A stretch of DNA of 63,732 nt, counting the filler, from a bacterium (GTDB taxonomy: Bacteria; JAMOTN01): the NCBI GenBank assembly GCA_027062325.1. It is 3 parts of 3 records of this genome, joined end to end, with 100 filler letters (N's around TTAATTAATTAA, not from the genome) between each part and the next. Parts side by side here need not be neighbours in the genome. Positions count along the whole stretch, not along the records: positions 1 to 27,002 come from JAMOTN010000055.1; 2 more parts are not named here. One strand, given 5' to 3'. The notes under the pieces were generated by a model. The model searched no databases. It was not told where the DNA came from and saw nothing but the letters and a program-made list of their open reading frames with translations. Position 1 is the first letter of the stretch. The number at the start of each line of letters is the position of its first letter. Shown piece by piece: positions 9,394-18,197 of the stretch. The position numbers were made by a program, and so were the translations under genes.

Positions 9394-10329
9394 TTGGTAA
9401 GGGCAAAATTTGTGGTTGTAGCAATATGGTTACTTGCGTCTTTTATGTCATTTTATTTGTCTGAGTATGTAATAGCTCATGTTGTTTTTTTAACAACTTT
9501 ACTCCTTTTGTATTTTGAAGATCTTGGAGTTGCTACGGTTGGAATGATCATTCTCTTAATAAGCATAAAATTTCATCCTCCGTTGTCTGCCTATTCTTTG
9601 ATTTTTTTGAGTATAATTGCAGTGTTTCTCCCTGAACAGATCGAGGTAAAACCTCCGAGAAGTAAAGAAGCTACATGGGTGAAAATTCTTTTTCTTATAG
9701 AGTCCAATGATGGTAAGTTGTTTTGGAAAGAAGATGTGCAGCTCAATAAAAGTCAGGGAGACGAGGTAGATAGCTTGGGGGAAGGGAGATTAGGTTTAGA
9801 GAAAGAATACGTGAAGTTTATTCCTGAAGATACTGATGGTGTTGAATTCTTGCGATTTTCTTCTGTAAAAGAGTTGACAGATAGAATAGAGCTGCTATCC
9901 GGTTTGAAAAAGTGGACAGTTTTTGTTCAGCGCAATAAGATGTTTTTGGCACGGTTATTGGATGTTTATCCGACCAGACATTGGAGGCCTCTGATTGAGG
10001 CTATAACTATTATGAAAGAGGAGGAGGGAGTTGCGACTTCGGAAGAAGTGCGGCTTATATTGACAGAACTTGAGTTAATACGTGGAAGGTTTAAAGAAGC
10101 TGTAAATATTCTTTCTGTTGTAGAGACTGAGAGTTTGAAAAGTTACTTAGAAAGTGGTGGTGTGATAGGAACTGAGCTTTTTCCGGGAGTTGCTGCTGTG
10201 GTTCTCATGCAGAGAGGATATGTTGAAGAAGCTGCAAAGATGTTTTCAATATTGAAGAGTAGTAAGACTCCATTTAAATTTAGACAAAAGCTCATAAATT
10301 GGATAAAGGAAAATTATGATTTTAAGTAG
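9394..10329 (+). CDS. Hypothetical membrane protein (N-terminal TM bundle, helical C-terminus)
   Basis: 311-aa ORF with a hydrophobic first 80 aa. No family recognised. Confidence 0.65.
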   Translation: MVRAKFVVVAIWLLASFMSFYLSEYVIAHVVFLTTLLLLYFEDLGVATVGMIILLISIKFHPPLSAYSLIFLSIIAVFLPEQIEVKPPRSKEATWVKILFLIESNDGKLFWKEDVQLNKSQGDEVDSLGEGRLGLEKEYVKFIPEDTDGVEFLRFSSVKELTDRIELLSGLKKWTVFVQRNKMFLARLLDVYPTRHWRPLIEAITIMKEEEGVATSEEVRLILTELELIRGRFKEAVNILSVVETESLKSYLESGGVIGTELFPGVAAVVLMQRGYVEEAAKMFSILKSSKTPFKFRQKLINWIKENYDFK

Positions 10330-10356
10330 AAGTTGATTGGGAGTTGATGGTTTTTA

Positions 10357-11196
10357 ATGGAGGAAATTTTCACTGTTTTGGATGAAAAGTTGAGCTATCC
10401 AATACAAATTTTATTTTCGGTGTTTTCTAAGGAAACGCCTAGCTTTTTTTCCTATGCGGTAATATTTGCCTTTGGGTTGGTTGTTGGAAGTTTTGCAAAT
10501 GTTTGTATAGGGCGATTACCTGTGGGAAATGGGATAGTTTATACTCCTTCATTTTGCCCTTACTGTAAGACAAAACTTGAGTGGTGGCAATTGATACCAT
10601 TGTTGTCGCAGTTGTTATTAAGAAGATGTTATTGGTGCCGACGTCCTATTAGTTTTAGGTATTTTTTTGTTGAGTTGTGGTATGGAGTATTCTTTGCATA
10701 TAACTATTACCTTTTTGGTTTAAGTACCAAGTTTGTTGTGAGTACTGCATTAATAGCTTTATTAACTGTGGCTTTTTTTACGGATTTGGAGAGACAAATC
10801 ATACCTGATGAAATAAACATTCTAGGAGCAGCTGCGTTTGTATTGTTGGGTGTGTTCATGAAGGCTTCAGGAGTTGTTGCTTTTGCAAGTGGTGAGTCTA
10901 TGATTACAGGGGCGGTTGTGCTGGCATTGATTTTCTGGGCTATTGTGGTTTTATCTGGTGGTGGAATGGGGATGGGGGATGTTAAGCTGGCAGCGTTGAT
11001 AGGGGCAGCTCTTGGTGTAGAGAGAGGATTGGCTTCGGTGTTTTTGGCATTTTTGATAGGTGGAGTATATGCTTTGGTAGTTTTATTGTTTGGTGCAAGG
11101 AGAAGAAAGGATTACATACCCTTTGGGCCTTTTTTGGTTGTAGCTGTTATACTTGAAGTATGGGGATTAAATCCTTTGCATTGGTTGAGATTTTAG
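10357..11196 (+). CDS. pilD: Prepilin peptidase (A24 family)
   Basis: GSFANV, SFCPYC...CYWC zinc site, TDLERQIIPD, MGMGDVKL and IPFGPFL. Confidence 0.95.
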   Translation: MEEIFTVLDEKLSYPIQILFSVFSKETPSFFSYAVIFAFGLVVGSFANVCIGRLPVGNGIVYTPSFCPYCKTKLEWWQLIPLLSQLLLRRCYWCRRPISFRYFFVELWYGVFFAYNYYLFGLSTKFVVSTALIALLTVAFFTDLERQIIPDEINILGAAAFVLLGVFMKASGVVAFASGESMITGAVVLALIFWAIVVLSGGGMGMGDVKLAALIGAALGVERGLASVFLAFLIGGVYALVVLLFGARRRKDYIPFGPFLVVAVILEVWGLNPLHWLRF

Positions 11197-11636
11197 CTGC
11201 TATTGCGGTGATTTCTATTGCAATATTACCACTTTTTGATAGTTTCTTTACTTCACGTCATGTTGGTTATAAAGTAAGGGATTATTCAATGGCTTATGTT
11301 CTTGCTTATGATAAGATGGAGCTCATAAGGTGGTTGGATCCCGGACTTTTGAAGAATGAAAGTAATGATTTAGGATTGCAAATTGAGAAAGATATTGATG
11401 AGTGGGAGAAAATTTACAAAGTGAGGTATTCGAAATTTTACAAGGGTTTGAAGGTTTGGAGAAGAAGTTTAGAAGTTAGATGGAATGATGAAAAAGGTTT
11501 GTATGAAATAAGTGTGTGTATTTACAAGTTAGTGAGAGGAAAAGAGAAAAGAATAATCTGTGTGAAAACCTATAGAAGGAGGGGCGTTGTTTATGCTGAA
11601 GATATTGAAGGGAAGCATAACAGAAGTAAACGTTGA
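11160..11636 (+). CDS. Type IV pilin-like / minor pseudopilin
   Basis: MGIKS-FALVEILAAIAVISIAIL class III signal with F+1 and E+5. Overlaps pilD. Confidence 0.8.
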   Translation: MGIKSFALVEILAAIAVISIAILPLFDSFFTSRHVGYKVRDYSMAYVLAYDKMELIRWLDPGLLKNESNDLGLQIEKDIDEWEKIYKVRYSKFYKGLKVWRRSLEVRWNDEKGLYEISVCIYKLVRGKEKRIICVKTYRRRGVVYAEDIEGKHNRSKR

Positions 11637-12102
11637 TGTGATAGTCAATGCTGCAAATAGCTTGGGGTATATGGGAGGTGGAGTTGCAGGTTACATCAAA
11701 AGAGTTGGAGGAAAAGAGATAGAAGATGAAGCAGTGAGAAAGGGACCAACACCTATTGGAAAAGCAGTTTTAACTACTTCTGGAAGGCTTAGTTTTAAAG
11801 GGGTAATTCATGCTCCAACAATGGAAAGACCTGCTCAGAGAATTCCAGATGAAAATGTTTATAAAGCAACCAAAGCTGCATTGGAGTTAGCTGATGAAGA
11901 GTTTCAAAGTATTGCCATTCCTGGTATGGGAACAGGTGTTGGAGGGGTGGAGCACAGAATTGCGGCAAGGAGAATGATTGAGGCATATAAGGATAGCTTA
12001 CCGTTTAAAAATTTAAAACTGGTGGTATTTGTTGATATAGATGATAGAATGGTGGAAGCTTGGAAAGGGGCTGCTAGAGAGTTAGGGATAGAATTTGAAT
12101 AG
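11593..12102 (+). CDS. Macro domain (ADP-ribose-binding/hydrolase) protein
   Basis: GSIT, IVNAANS, MGGGVAG, VIHAPTM and IPGMGTGVGG. Confidence 0.93.
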   Translation: MLKILKGSITEVNVDVIVNAANSLGYMGGGVAGYIKRVGGKEIEDEAVRKGPTPIGKAVLTTSGRLSFKGVIHAPTMERPAQRIPDENVYKATKAALELADEEFQSIAIPGMGTGVGGVEHRIAARRMIEAYKDSLPFKNLKLVVFVDIDDRMVEAWKGAARELGIEFE

Positions 12103-12125
12103 TTGTTGTGTTGTTGGGAGGAGAT

Positions 12126-12833
12126 ATGAGAGTGGCTAAAGATTTTTACGGAATAACAGAAATTTTTACTAGTATTCAGGGAGAAGCTAGATATACAGGT
12201 GTTCCTATGGTATTTGTGAGATTTTCGGGCTGTAATTTACGCTGCCCTTGGTGCGATACCCAATACGAGAAGATGCAGAATTATCCGTTTGAGAAACTTG
12301 TAAATCGGATAGTAGATGAAGGAAAAAAAGCGATGGTTGATTGGGTGAGCTTTACTGGGGGTGAACCGGCATTATGGATTGATGATGATATTTTATCTGC
12401 TGTTAAAAGTGAAGGTTTTAAGTTGCTGTTGGAGACGAATGCTACTAATGTTTTAACTGAAAATTTGTTTGAATATGTTGATACTGTATCTGCTGATTTT
12501 AAGCTTGCCTACTTTGGTTTTGATGAGGCTTTGTCATTGCATTCTGAATTTTTGAAACAGGTGTCCAAACTTGGTGTAGATTTTTACGTAAAATTGCTGT
12601 TTTCTTTTTCAGATTCACTAGAGGATGTTGCTAAAGCTTTAGAGTATCTTTTTTCTTTGAATTGTGAAGTGTATTTGCAGCCTCTTTATGAGGAGAGAGA
12701 AAAGTTCGTGAAGAGGTGGGAGTTGTTTTGGAAGAAGGTTAGGGAATTGGTGAGTGGTACAGAAATTGATGATAAGGCTTGGGCTCGAGTTAAATTTTCC
12801 TTTCAGATTCACAAGTTTTTACGTTTAAAGTAA
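12126..12833 (+). CDS. queE: 7-carboxy-7-deazaguanine synthase (radical SAM)
   Basis: EIFTSIQGE, FVRFSGCNLRCPWCDT, TGGEP, LETN and QIHK. Confidence 0.88.
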   Translation: MRVAKDFYGITEIFTSIQGEARYTGVPMVFVRFSGCNLRCPWCDTQYEKMQNYPFEKLVNRIVDEGKKAMVDWVSFTGGEPALWIDDDILSAVKSEGFKLLLETNATNVLTENLFEYVDTVSADFKLAYFGFDEALSLHSEFLKQVSKLGVDFYVKLLFSFSDSLEDVAKALEYLFSLNCEVYLQPLYEEREKFVKRWELFWKKVRELVSGTEIDDKAWARVKFSFQIHKFLRLK

Positions 12834-12917
12834 TGGCACAGTTTCTGTTAATTTGTTTGTGGTATATGGTAAAATTTAAAGTGAAGCGTCAAAAATTTAA
12901 AAAGGGGGGGAGGTTTT

Positions 12918-13127
12918 ATGCCTACTTATAAGTGGAGATGTGAAAAGTGCGGTTACTCCTTTGAGGAGTTCGTGAGACCTGGAATTGATGAAGAGCCAAC
13001 TGAATGTCCAAAATGTGGGGGAGAACTTTCAAAAATGATAAATTGGGCAGGGGCTGTTGCAGGAGTTGAGAGCGGTTCGAGTTGTAGTGTTTGCTCAACT
13101 GGAAGTTGTCCTACATGCAGTCTATAA
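12918..13127 (+). CDS. FmdB-family zinc ribbon protein
   Basis: MPTYKWRCEKCG...CPKCGG plus a C-terminal CxxCxxxxCxxC. Confidence 0.88.
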   Translation: MPTYKWRCEKCGYSFEEFVRPGIDEEPTECPKCGGELSKMINWAGAVAGVESGSSCSVCSTGSCPTCSL

Positions 13128-13150
13128 ATTTTTTTGCGGGAGTGGTTTGT

Positions 13151-13945
13151 ATGTGGCGTAAGTTTCTTGTTTTTCTGATCATTTCTGTATGCATGTTTGG
13201 GTTTGCACTATCTAGATTGGATGAGGAAGGAATGACACCTCCAGCTGGAGCGCAAGTTGCTGCTCCGCAGATTGATATGAAGGATTTTTCCCAGCTTATG
13301 CAGAGGATAAACTCCCATCCTTTCATGCAGAAAAAGATGCAGTTAGATATGAAGATCAATCAATTGATGGAGGAGTTGATGAATAAATTGGGACCTGATA
13401 TTGTTACCAAAATCTTTTCTAGCCCTGAATTTACTGGAAAGATGTCTGCTTTGAAAGAAAATTTGCGTCGGACAATTACAGCTTCTCAGGGAGATATTAC
13501 TACTGATCAGTTGAAGAAGTTGACGCTTGATATGATGTTTAAAAATGATGAGGTAGTAAAAACTGTGCTAGATAATGTTCAGAAGCTGATAGTAAATCTA
13601 AATGCTGATCGGCAGGCGCAGCTTAAGAAACTGCTCTCAGAGATTGAAAACTTGGTTGGACAAGTTGATAGTTTGGTGAGAAGTAGTGAGTTTGACAAGT
13701 TTATAAAAGATAATTTTGCTGATTTGAAAAAGTTTTATTCGGATTACCTTCCTAAGCTTATGGGGAATGTTCAGCAGGAGATACACCATGAGACCAACAA
13801 AACAATGGAAGAAGTACATCAAAATTTAAAAGATGTGAACAATGAAATTCAGAAAGAGCACGAAGAATTTAATAGAGACTTGAATAAAGATATGAATGAT
13901 TTGAATAGCGACCTCAAAGATATGATGAACGACTTAGGTAACTAG
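13151..13945 (+). CDS. Hypothetical secreted alpha-helical protein
   Basis: Signal peptide MWRKFLVFLIISVCMFGFA and an amphipathic repeat-like tail. Confidence 0.75.
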   Translation: MWRKFLVFLIISVCMFGFALSRLDEEGMTPPAGAQVAAPQIDMKDFSQLMQRINSHPFMQKKMQLDMKINQLMEELMNKLGPDIVTKIFSSPEFTGKMSALKENLRRTITASQGDITTDQLKKLTLDMMFKNDEVVKTVLDNVQKLIVNLNADRQAQLKKLLSEIENLVGQVDSLVRSSEFDKFIKDNFADLKKFYSDYLPKLMGNVQQEIHHETNKTMEEVHQNLKDVNNEIQKEHEEFNRDLNKDMNDLNSDLKDMMNDLGN

Positions 13946-13955
13946 AAAGCTTTTG

Positions 13956-13983
13956 TGAGGGGGTGATAAAGCCCCCTCATTCT
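13956..13983 (+). terminator. Probable intrinsic terminator
   Basis: TGAGGGGGT-GATAAA-GCCCCCTCA hairpin just after the stop codon, with a weak T tract. Confidence 0.6.
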
Positions 13984-14009
13984 ACTTAAGTTTGTGGAGG
14001 TCAAAGTCT

Positions 14010-14855
14010 ATGATTGGTAAAATAAAAGGAATGTTGCTGTGCCTTGTCTTTGTAACAGGAACTATTATTTTAGCATTTGTACCTTCCGATGAAATTGACT
14101 TTCTTCCTCCAGGAATTAGTGATGTTTTTATCTCCAATGCTCGGGTTTCATCTGTGGAAGTTAAAGTATCACAGTTAACAGATGATTTGCTAAATGAAGC
14201 TAAAATCTATAGCGTCAAAGTTCAAAGGGGAGTATTATTGGATTCACTGAAAAATATTAGAAATAGAGGTTTAGATTATTTAATAATGCTGTTAAAACAA
14301 GACTGGAGGTATCAATCATATACTTTACTACCAACTGTTAGGACTTTTGAATTTTTTTCAAAGTTGATTGCTGATTTTCCAATGGTTTTTCAAAATTTTG
14401 AAAGTTTAAAAATGGCTTACTACACTTATTTTCCAGACATTGTTAAAGCTTTTTTGTTCAAAGATGAGACAATGGTCAGATTATTGGCAAAGTACATGTT
14501 TTCTTTCTTACTCGAGCTCCATAGAAAAGGTGGACCAAAAGGATTTTTAATGCCTTCAGGAACAGTTTTAATATTATCTAACTTATTCAAAGATGTGGCT
14601 AGATTGATGAAGTTGGATTTTTCGGTAGCCCAAGTTGTTGCTGGATCTGGATTGGTGTTTTTAAATTATGATGCCTACAAGCTTTTTATACAGCAGTTTG
14701 CTAGCGAGGTTAATAGAGAGGTAGGCTATGTTAATATGAATAAAGAGGCAGCCTATGCTTATTTGGAGTGGAGAAAGATTTCTGCTTTGTGGTTGGATTG
14801 TCTAAAAGTTGCTAAATTATTGGGAAATGTTAATGAGAAAAGGAGAGAAAAGTGA
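14010..14855 (+). CDS. Hypothetical exported protein
   Basis: GGAGG RBS and an N-terminal hydrophobic signal. Confidence 0.7.
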   Translation: MIGKIKGMLLCLVFVTGTIILAFVPSDEIDFLPPGISDVFISNARVSSVEVKVSQLTDDLLNEAKIYSVKVQRGVLLDSLKNIRNRGLDYLIMLLKQDWRYQSYTLLPTVRTFEFFSKLIADFPMVFQNFESLKMAYYTYFPDIVKAFLFKDETMVRLLAKYMFSFLLELHRKGGPKGFLMPSGTVLILSNLFKDVARLMKLDFSVAQVVAGSGLVFLNYDAYKLFIQQFASEVNREVGYVNMNKEAAYAYLEWRKISALWLDCLKVAKLLGNVNEKRREK

Positions 14856-14909
14856 AGAGATGATATAATATAATTCAAATGCAGCGAGAGAACGAGAGGA
14901 GGATGAGGA

Positions 14910-16433
14910 GTGGAAAGAAGAAGATTTTACGTTACAACCCCTATTTATTACATAAACTCCAAACCTCACATAGGTAGTGCTTACACTACGGTTGTTGCCG
15001 ATGTGCTTTCTCGCTTTCACAAAATTTATGGTGATGAAGTGTTTTTCTTAACGGGAACAGATGAGCATGGGCAGAAGGTTTACAAGGCTGCTGTTGAAAA
15101 AGGATATGGGGAGGATGTGAAAAAATACTGTGATGAGATGGCTAATACTTTTAAAAGTGCATGGGATAAGTTGAACATTGAGTACGATCGTTTCATAAGG
15201 ACAACGGATCCTGATCATGAAGAGGTTGTCAAGTGGTTTTTGGATGAACTCTACAAGAAAGGCGATATTTACAAAGGAATTTATAAAGGTTATTATTGTG
15301 TATCTTGTGAGCAGTTTGTTCCGGAAGCTGAGGAGACAAATTACACATGTCCTGATTGTGGTAAAAAGTTGGAATATGTTGAGGAAGAAAATTACTTTTT
15401 CAAACTTAGCAAATACGCTCCATTAGTGAAGAAACACATTGAAGAAAACCCCGAATTTATCCAACCAGAGTTTAGAAGAAATGAAATTCTAGCACGTTTA
15501 GAGGGAGAAGTGAAGGATGTTTCCATTACCCGTGCGACTGTTAAGTGGGGAGTAGAGTGTCCTTTTGATCCTGCTCAGAAAGTGTATGTGTGGTTTGACG
15601 CACTCATAAACTATGTGAGTGGTATAGGTTTCTTACATGATGAGGATAAGTTTAAAAAGTTCTGGCCGGCTAATGTTCACTTGATAGGAAAAGATATAAT
15701 GTGGTTTCACTGTGTTATATGGCCAGCAATGCTAATGGCAGCAGGAATTGAGCTTCCCAGAGCTGTTTTTGCTCATGGTTGGTGGAAGGTTTCAGGTGAG
15801 AAGATGAGCAAGAGCAAGGGAAATGTTGTAGATCCTTTTGAGATGGTTGAAAAATACGGTATAGATCCGTTGAGATTTTATCTTGTTAAAGAGATACCAT
15901 TGGGTTTGGATGGTAATTTTTCCGAAAAAGCGTTGGTTGAGAGATTTAATGCAGATGTAATTGATAACTGGGCTAATCTTTTAAACAGAACTCTTGCTCA
16001 GATTGAAAAGTTTTTTGATGGAAAAATTCCTGAATATAAAGAAGATAATTGTGAATTAAAAGGGCGGGTTGAAGGTAAATTACGTGAAGTGGAAGATCTT
16101 TACTACAACTACAGACTAAAAGAAGCCATGGATAAATTGAATGAGGTTAGCATTGAGGGAAACAAGTTTATTACTGAAAAAGAGCCTTGGAAGTTAGCAA
16201 AGAGTGGAGCTAAGGAAGAAGCAGCTTCTGTGCTTGCGCAAGTTTTGGAACTGGTGAGGATTGTGGGTTGCTACTACTGGCCGGTAATTCCTTTGTTGGT
16301 TGAAAAAGCTTTTGCTTACATGGATTTGACACGTGATGAAGCTTTAACACTTGATTGGGTATGGCCCCAATCAGGTAGAATAAGTAAGAGAGAAGGGGTT
16401 TTGCACAATAAGCTTGAGTATAAGGAGGAATAG
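14910..16433 (+). CDS. metG: Methionyl-tRNA synthetase (short form)
   Basis: TTPIYY, HIGS (HIGH), TGTDEHGQK, zinc knuckle, YVWFDAL and KMSKS. Confidence 0.97.
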   Translation: MERRRFYVTTPIYYINSKPHIGSAYTTVVADVLSRFHKIYGDEVFFLTGTDEHGQKVYKAAVEKGYGEDVKKYCDEMANTFKSAWDKLNIEYDRFIRTTDPDHEEVVKWFLDELYKKGDIYKGIYKGYYCVSCEQFVPEAEETNYTCPDCGKKLEYVEEENYFFKLSKYAPLVKKHIEENPEFIQPEFRRNEILARLEGEVKDVSITRATVKWGVECPFDPAQKVYVWFDALINYVSGIGFLHDEDKFKKFWPANVHLIGKDIMWFHCVIWPAMLMAAGIELPRAVFAHGWWKVSGEKMSKSKGNVVDPFEMVEKYGIDPLRFYLVKEIPLGLDGNFSEKALVERFNADVIDNWANLLNRTLAQIEKFFDGKIPEYKEDNCELKGRVEGKLREVEDLYYNYRLKEAMDKLNEVSIEGNKFITEKEPWKLAKSGAKEEAASVLAQVLELVRIVGCYYWPVIPLLVEKAFAYMDLTRDEALTLDWVWPQSGRISKREGVLHNKLEYKEE

Positions 16434-16436
16434 GTT

Positions 16437-16889
16437 ATGTTCAAAGGTGTTGAATTTCAGGTGGGAGAGGAGTTTTTTGTAGCTGATATAAACTATATAA
16501 GAGAGGTCATCTCGTGGCAAGAGGTTTCTAAAGTTCCTAACGTACCAGAGTTCGTTGAGGGTATAATAAATTTGAGAGGAAAGGTTATACCAGTTGTTGA
16601 TCTGGCGAAACGCTTCAATTTTGAGGTGAAAATAGATAATACGAAGCGAAAGATAATGATAGTACAGGTATTTGAAAAACTTGTTGGAATAATAGTTGAC
16701 AATGTTACACGAGTAATTGATGTGACGGATGAAATGATAGATGACACAGATATACTTCAAAATGTTGCAAATACTGTAGCTGGATATTTAAAAGGAGTTG
16801 CTAAAATAGGAGAAAAATTGGTTATGATAATAGACTTGGAAGCTTTGTTCTCGCCAGAGGAGAGGGAACGTCTCACAGCAATGAAATAA
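16437..16889 (+). CDS. cheW: Chemotaxis coupling protein CheW
   Basis: VPNVPEFVEGIINLRGKVIPVVDL and GIIVDNV. Confidence 0.95.
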   Translation: MFKGVEFQVGEEFFVADINYIREVISWQEVSKVPNVPEFVEGIINLRGKVIPVVDLAKRFNFEVKIDNTKRKIMIVQVFEKLVGIIVDNVTRVIDVTDEMIDDTDILQNVANTVAGYLKGVAKIGEKLVMIIDLEALFSPEERERLTAMK

Positions 16890-16931
16890 GAAGATGAGCT
16901 GATAGTGATGAAGCTCAAAGGGGTGAGATAG

Positions 16932-18197
16932 TTGGAAGATAAAGAGTTGCTTGAAATGTTTATTGTTGAAGCAAAGGAGCATCTTGAAAATGCGAATAAT
17001 ATAATGCTTGATTTGGAGCAGAATCCTGATGATAAAGATAAGCTAAATGAGTTATTTAGAGCGATGCACACTATCAAAGGTGCTGCAGGTTTTTTGGGAT
17101 TAGTTGAAATTCAAGAGCTTTCGCATAAAATGGAAACGGTTCTTGATAAGTGTCGTGGTGGTGAGCTGAAATTTGAGGGAGATATACCTGATCTTATGTT
17201 TAAAGGGATTGATATGTTAGTGGAGATGGTTGATAAGTTAGAAGCTGGAGAAGAAAATTGGCAGGTTGATGTCTCTGAGGTTGTTGAGGCTTTAATAAAG
17301 ATAGCAGAGAGTGGTTCGTCATCTACTGAGGAGAAAAAAGAGAAAAAGGAGAAAAAGAGCACCAAAAAGAAGGCTACAAAGAAAAAATCGAAGAAGAAGG
17401 AAGAGAAGGAGGAATCGAAAGAAGAGGATGAGTCTGGGTCTGAAGAATCTTCTACTCAAGTAGAAACCACCGTTCAAATAGACGAGGAGTTACTCAAACA
17501 AATTGCTGAAGAGTACGATAAGCAAGTGCAAGCTCTTCAGGATGAGATTAAGAAGAAAAAAGAGGAGAAAAAAGAGGAATCAAAAGAAGAGGAGCAGGAA
17601 GAGGAGCAGGTTAAGGAGGACATATACTTGATATTCGAGGTAGAAGGTATCCGCTATCTATTACCAGCCACTAAAGTTTTGGAAGTTACGGAACTTTTGA
17701 GGACCACAACGGTTCCTGATACACCGCTTTTTGTAGAGGGAGTTGCAAATTTACGCGGGAGCATAATCACTGTTTTTAATACAGATGTTTTCTTTGAAAG
17801 TCCGGATTTAAAAAAGGTGGAATTGGTTACTGGAGTTTCTGGAAATACTTCCCAAAAATCTATTGAGGAAGCTGGTGGAGAGGGTGCTAAAAAGGAAGAG
17901 GCACATTCCTCCAACAATGATGTAATGGATAATGTGTTTGTTGATGATGAGAGAAAGGTTGTGGTAATGGAGACAGAAGCTTACGGGACTATGGGTGTGA
18001 TAGTTGACAAAGTTTTGGTTGTTAAGAGAATTTCAGATAAAGAATTTGTGCAGTATCCTGGTGTTAAGGGGAGAGAATTTTTCAAAAGAATTTACAAAGA
18101 TGATCAAGGAGTAGTGATAGAACTTGATTTTGAGGAGATGCTTAAGATAAAAACAGAAAAAGAATGGAAAAAAGGTAAGAAGGAGAGAAGGGTATGA
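16932..18197 (+). CDS. CheA-type Hpt (P1) domain, charged linker and CheW domain (N-half of a split CheA)
   Basis: LFRAMHTIKGAAG phospho-His motif, K/E-rich linker, and CheW motifs VEGVANLRGSI and GVIVDKV. Confidence 0.88.
   Translation: MEDKELLEMFIVEAKEHLENANNIMLDLEQNPDDKDKLNELFRAMHTIKGAAGFLGLVEIQELSHKMETVLDKCRGGELKFEGDIPDLMFKGIDMLVEMVDKLEAGEENWQVDVSEVVEALIKIAESGSSSTEEKKEKKEKKSTKKKATKKKSKKKEEKEESKEEDESGSEESSTQVETTVQIDEELLKQIAEEYDKQVQALQDEIKKKKEEKKEESKEEEQEEEQVKEDIYLIFEVEGIRYLLPATKVLEVTELLRTTTVPDTPLFVEGVANLRGSIITVFNTDVFFESPDLKKVELVTGVSGNTSQKSIEEAGGEGAKKEEAHSSNNDVMDNVFVDDERKVVVMETEAYGTMGVIVDKVLVVKRISDKEFVQYPGVKGREFFKRIYKDDQGVVIELDFEEMLKIKTEKEWKKGKKERRV

Noticed and set aside
12126-12833. queE plus macro domain as a 7-deazaguanine DNA-modification defence island
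   Set aside because: No dpdA/tgt-like, queC, queD or folE neighbours. Ordinary queuosine-pathway context is more likely.
12834-12850. TGGCACAGTTTCTGTT, a possible third sigma54 promoter before the FmdB-family gene
   Set aside because: Good -24 element, but the -12 GC is GT and a sigma70-like extended -10 lies nearby. Too weak to call.
18165-18197. Programmed -1 frameshift at the A6 run fusing the CheA halves
   Set aside because: The run reads G AAA AAA rather than A AAA AAG in the upstream frame, and the shifted frame hits TAA at 18176-18178.
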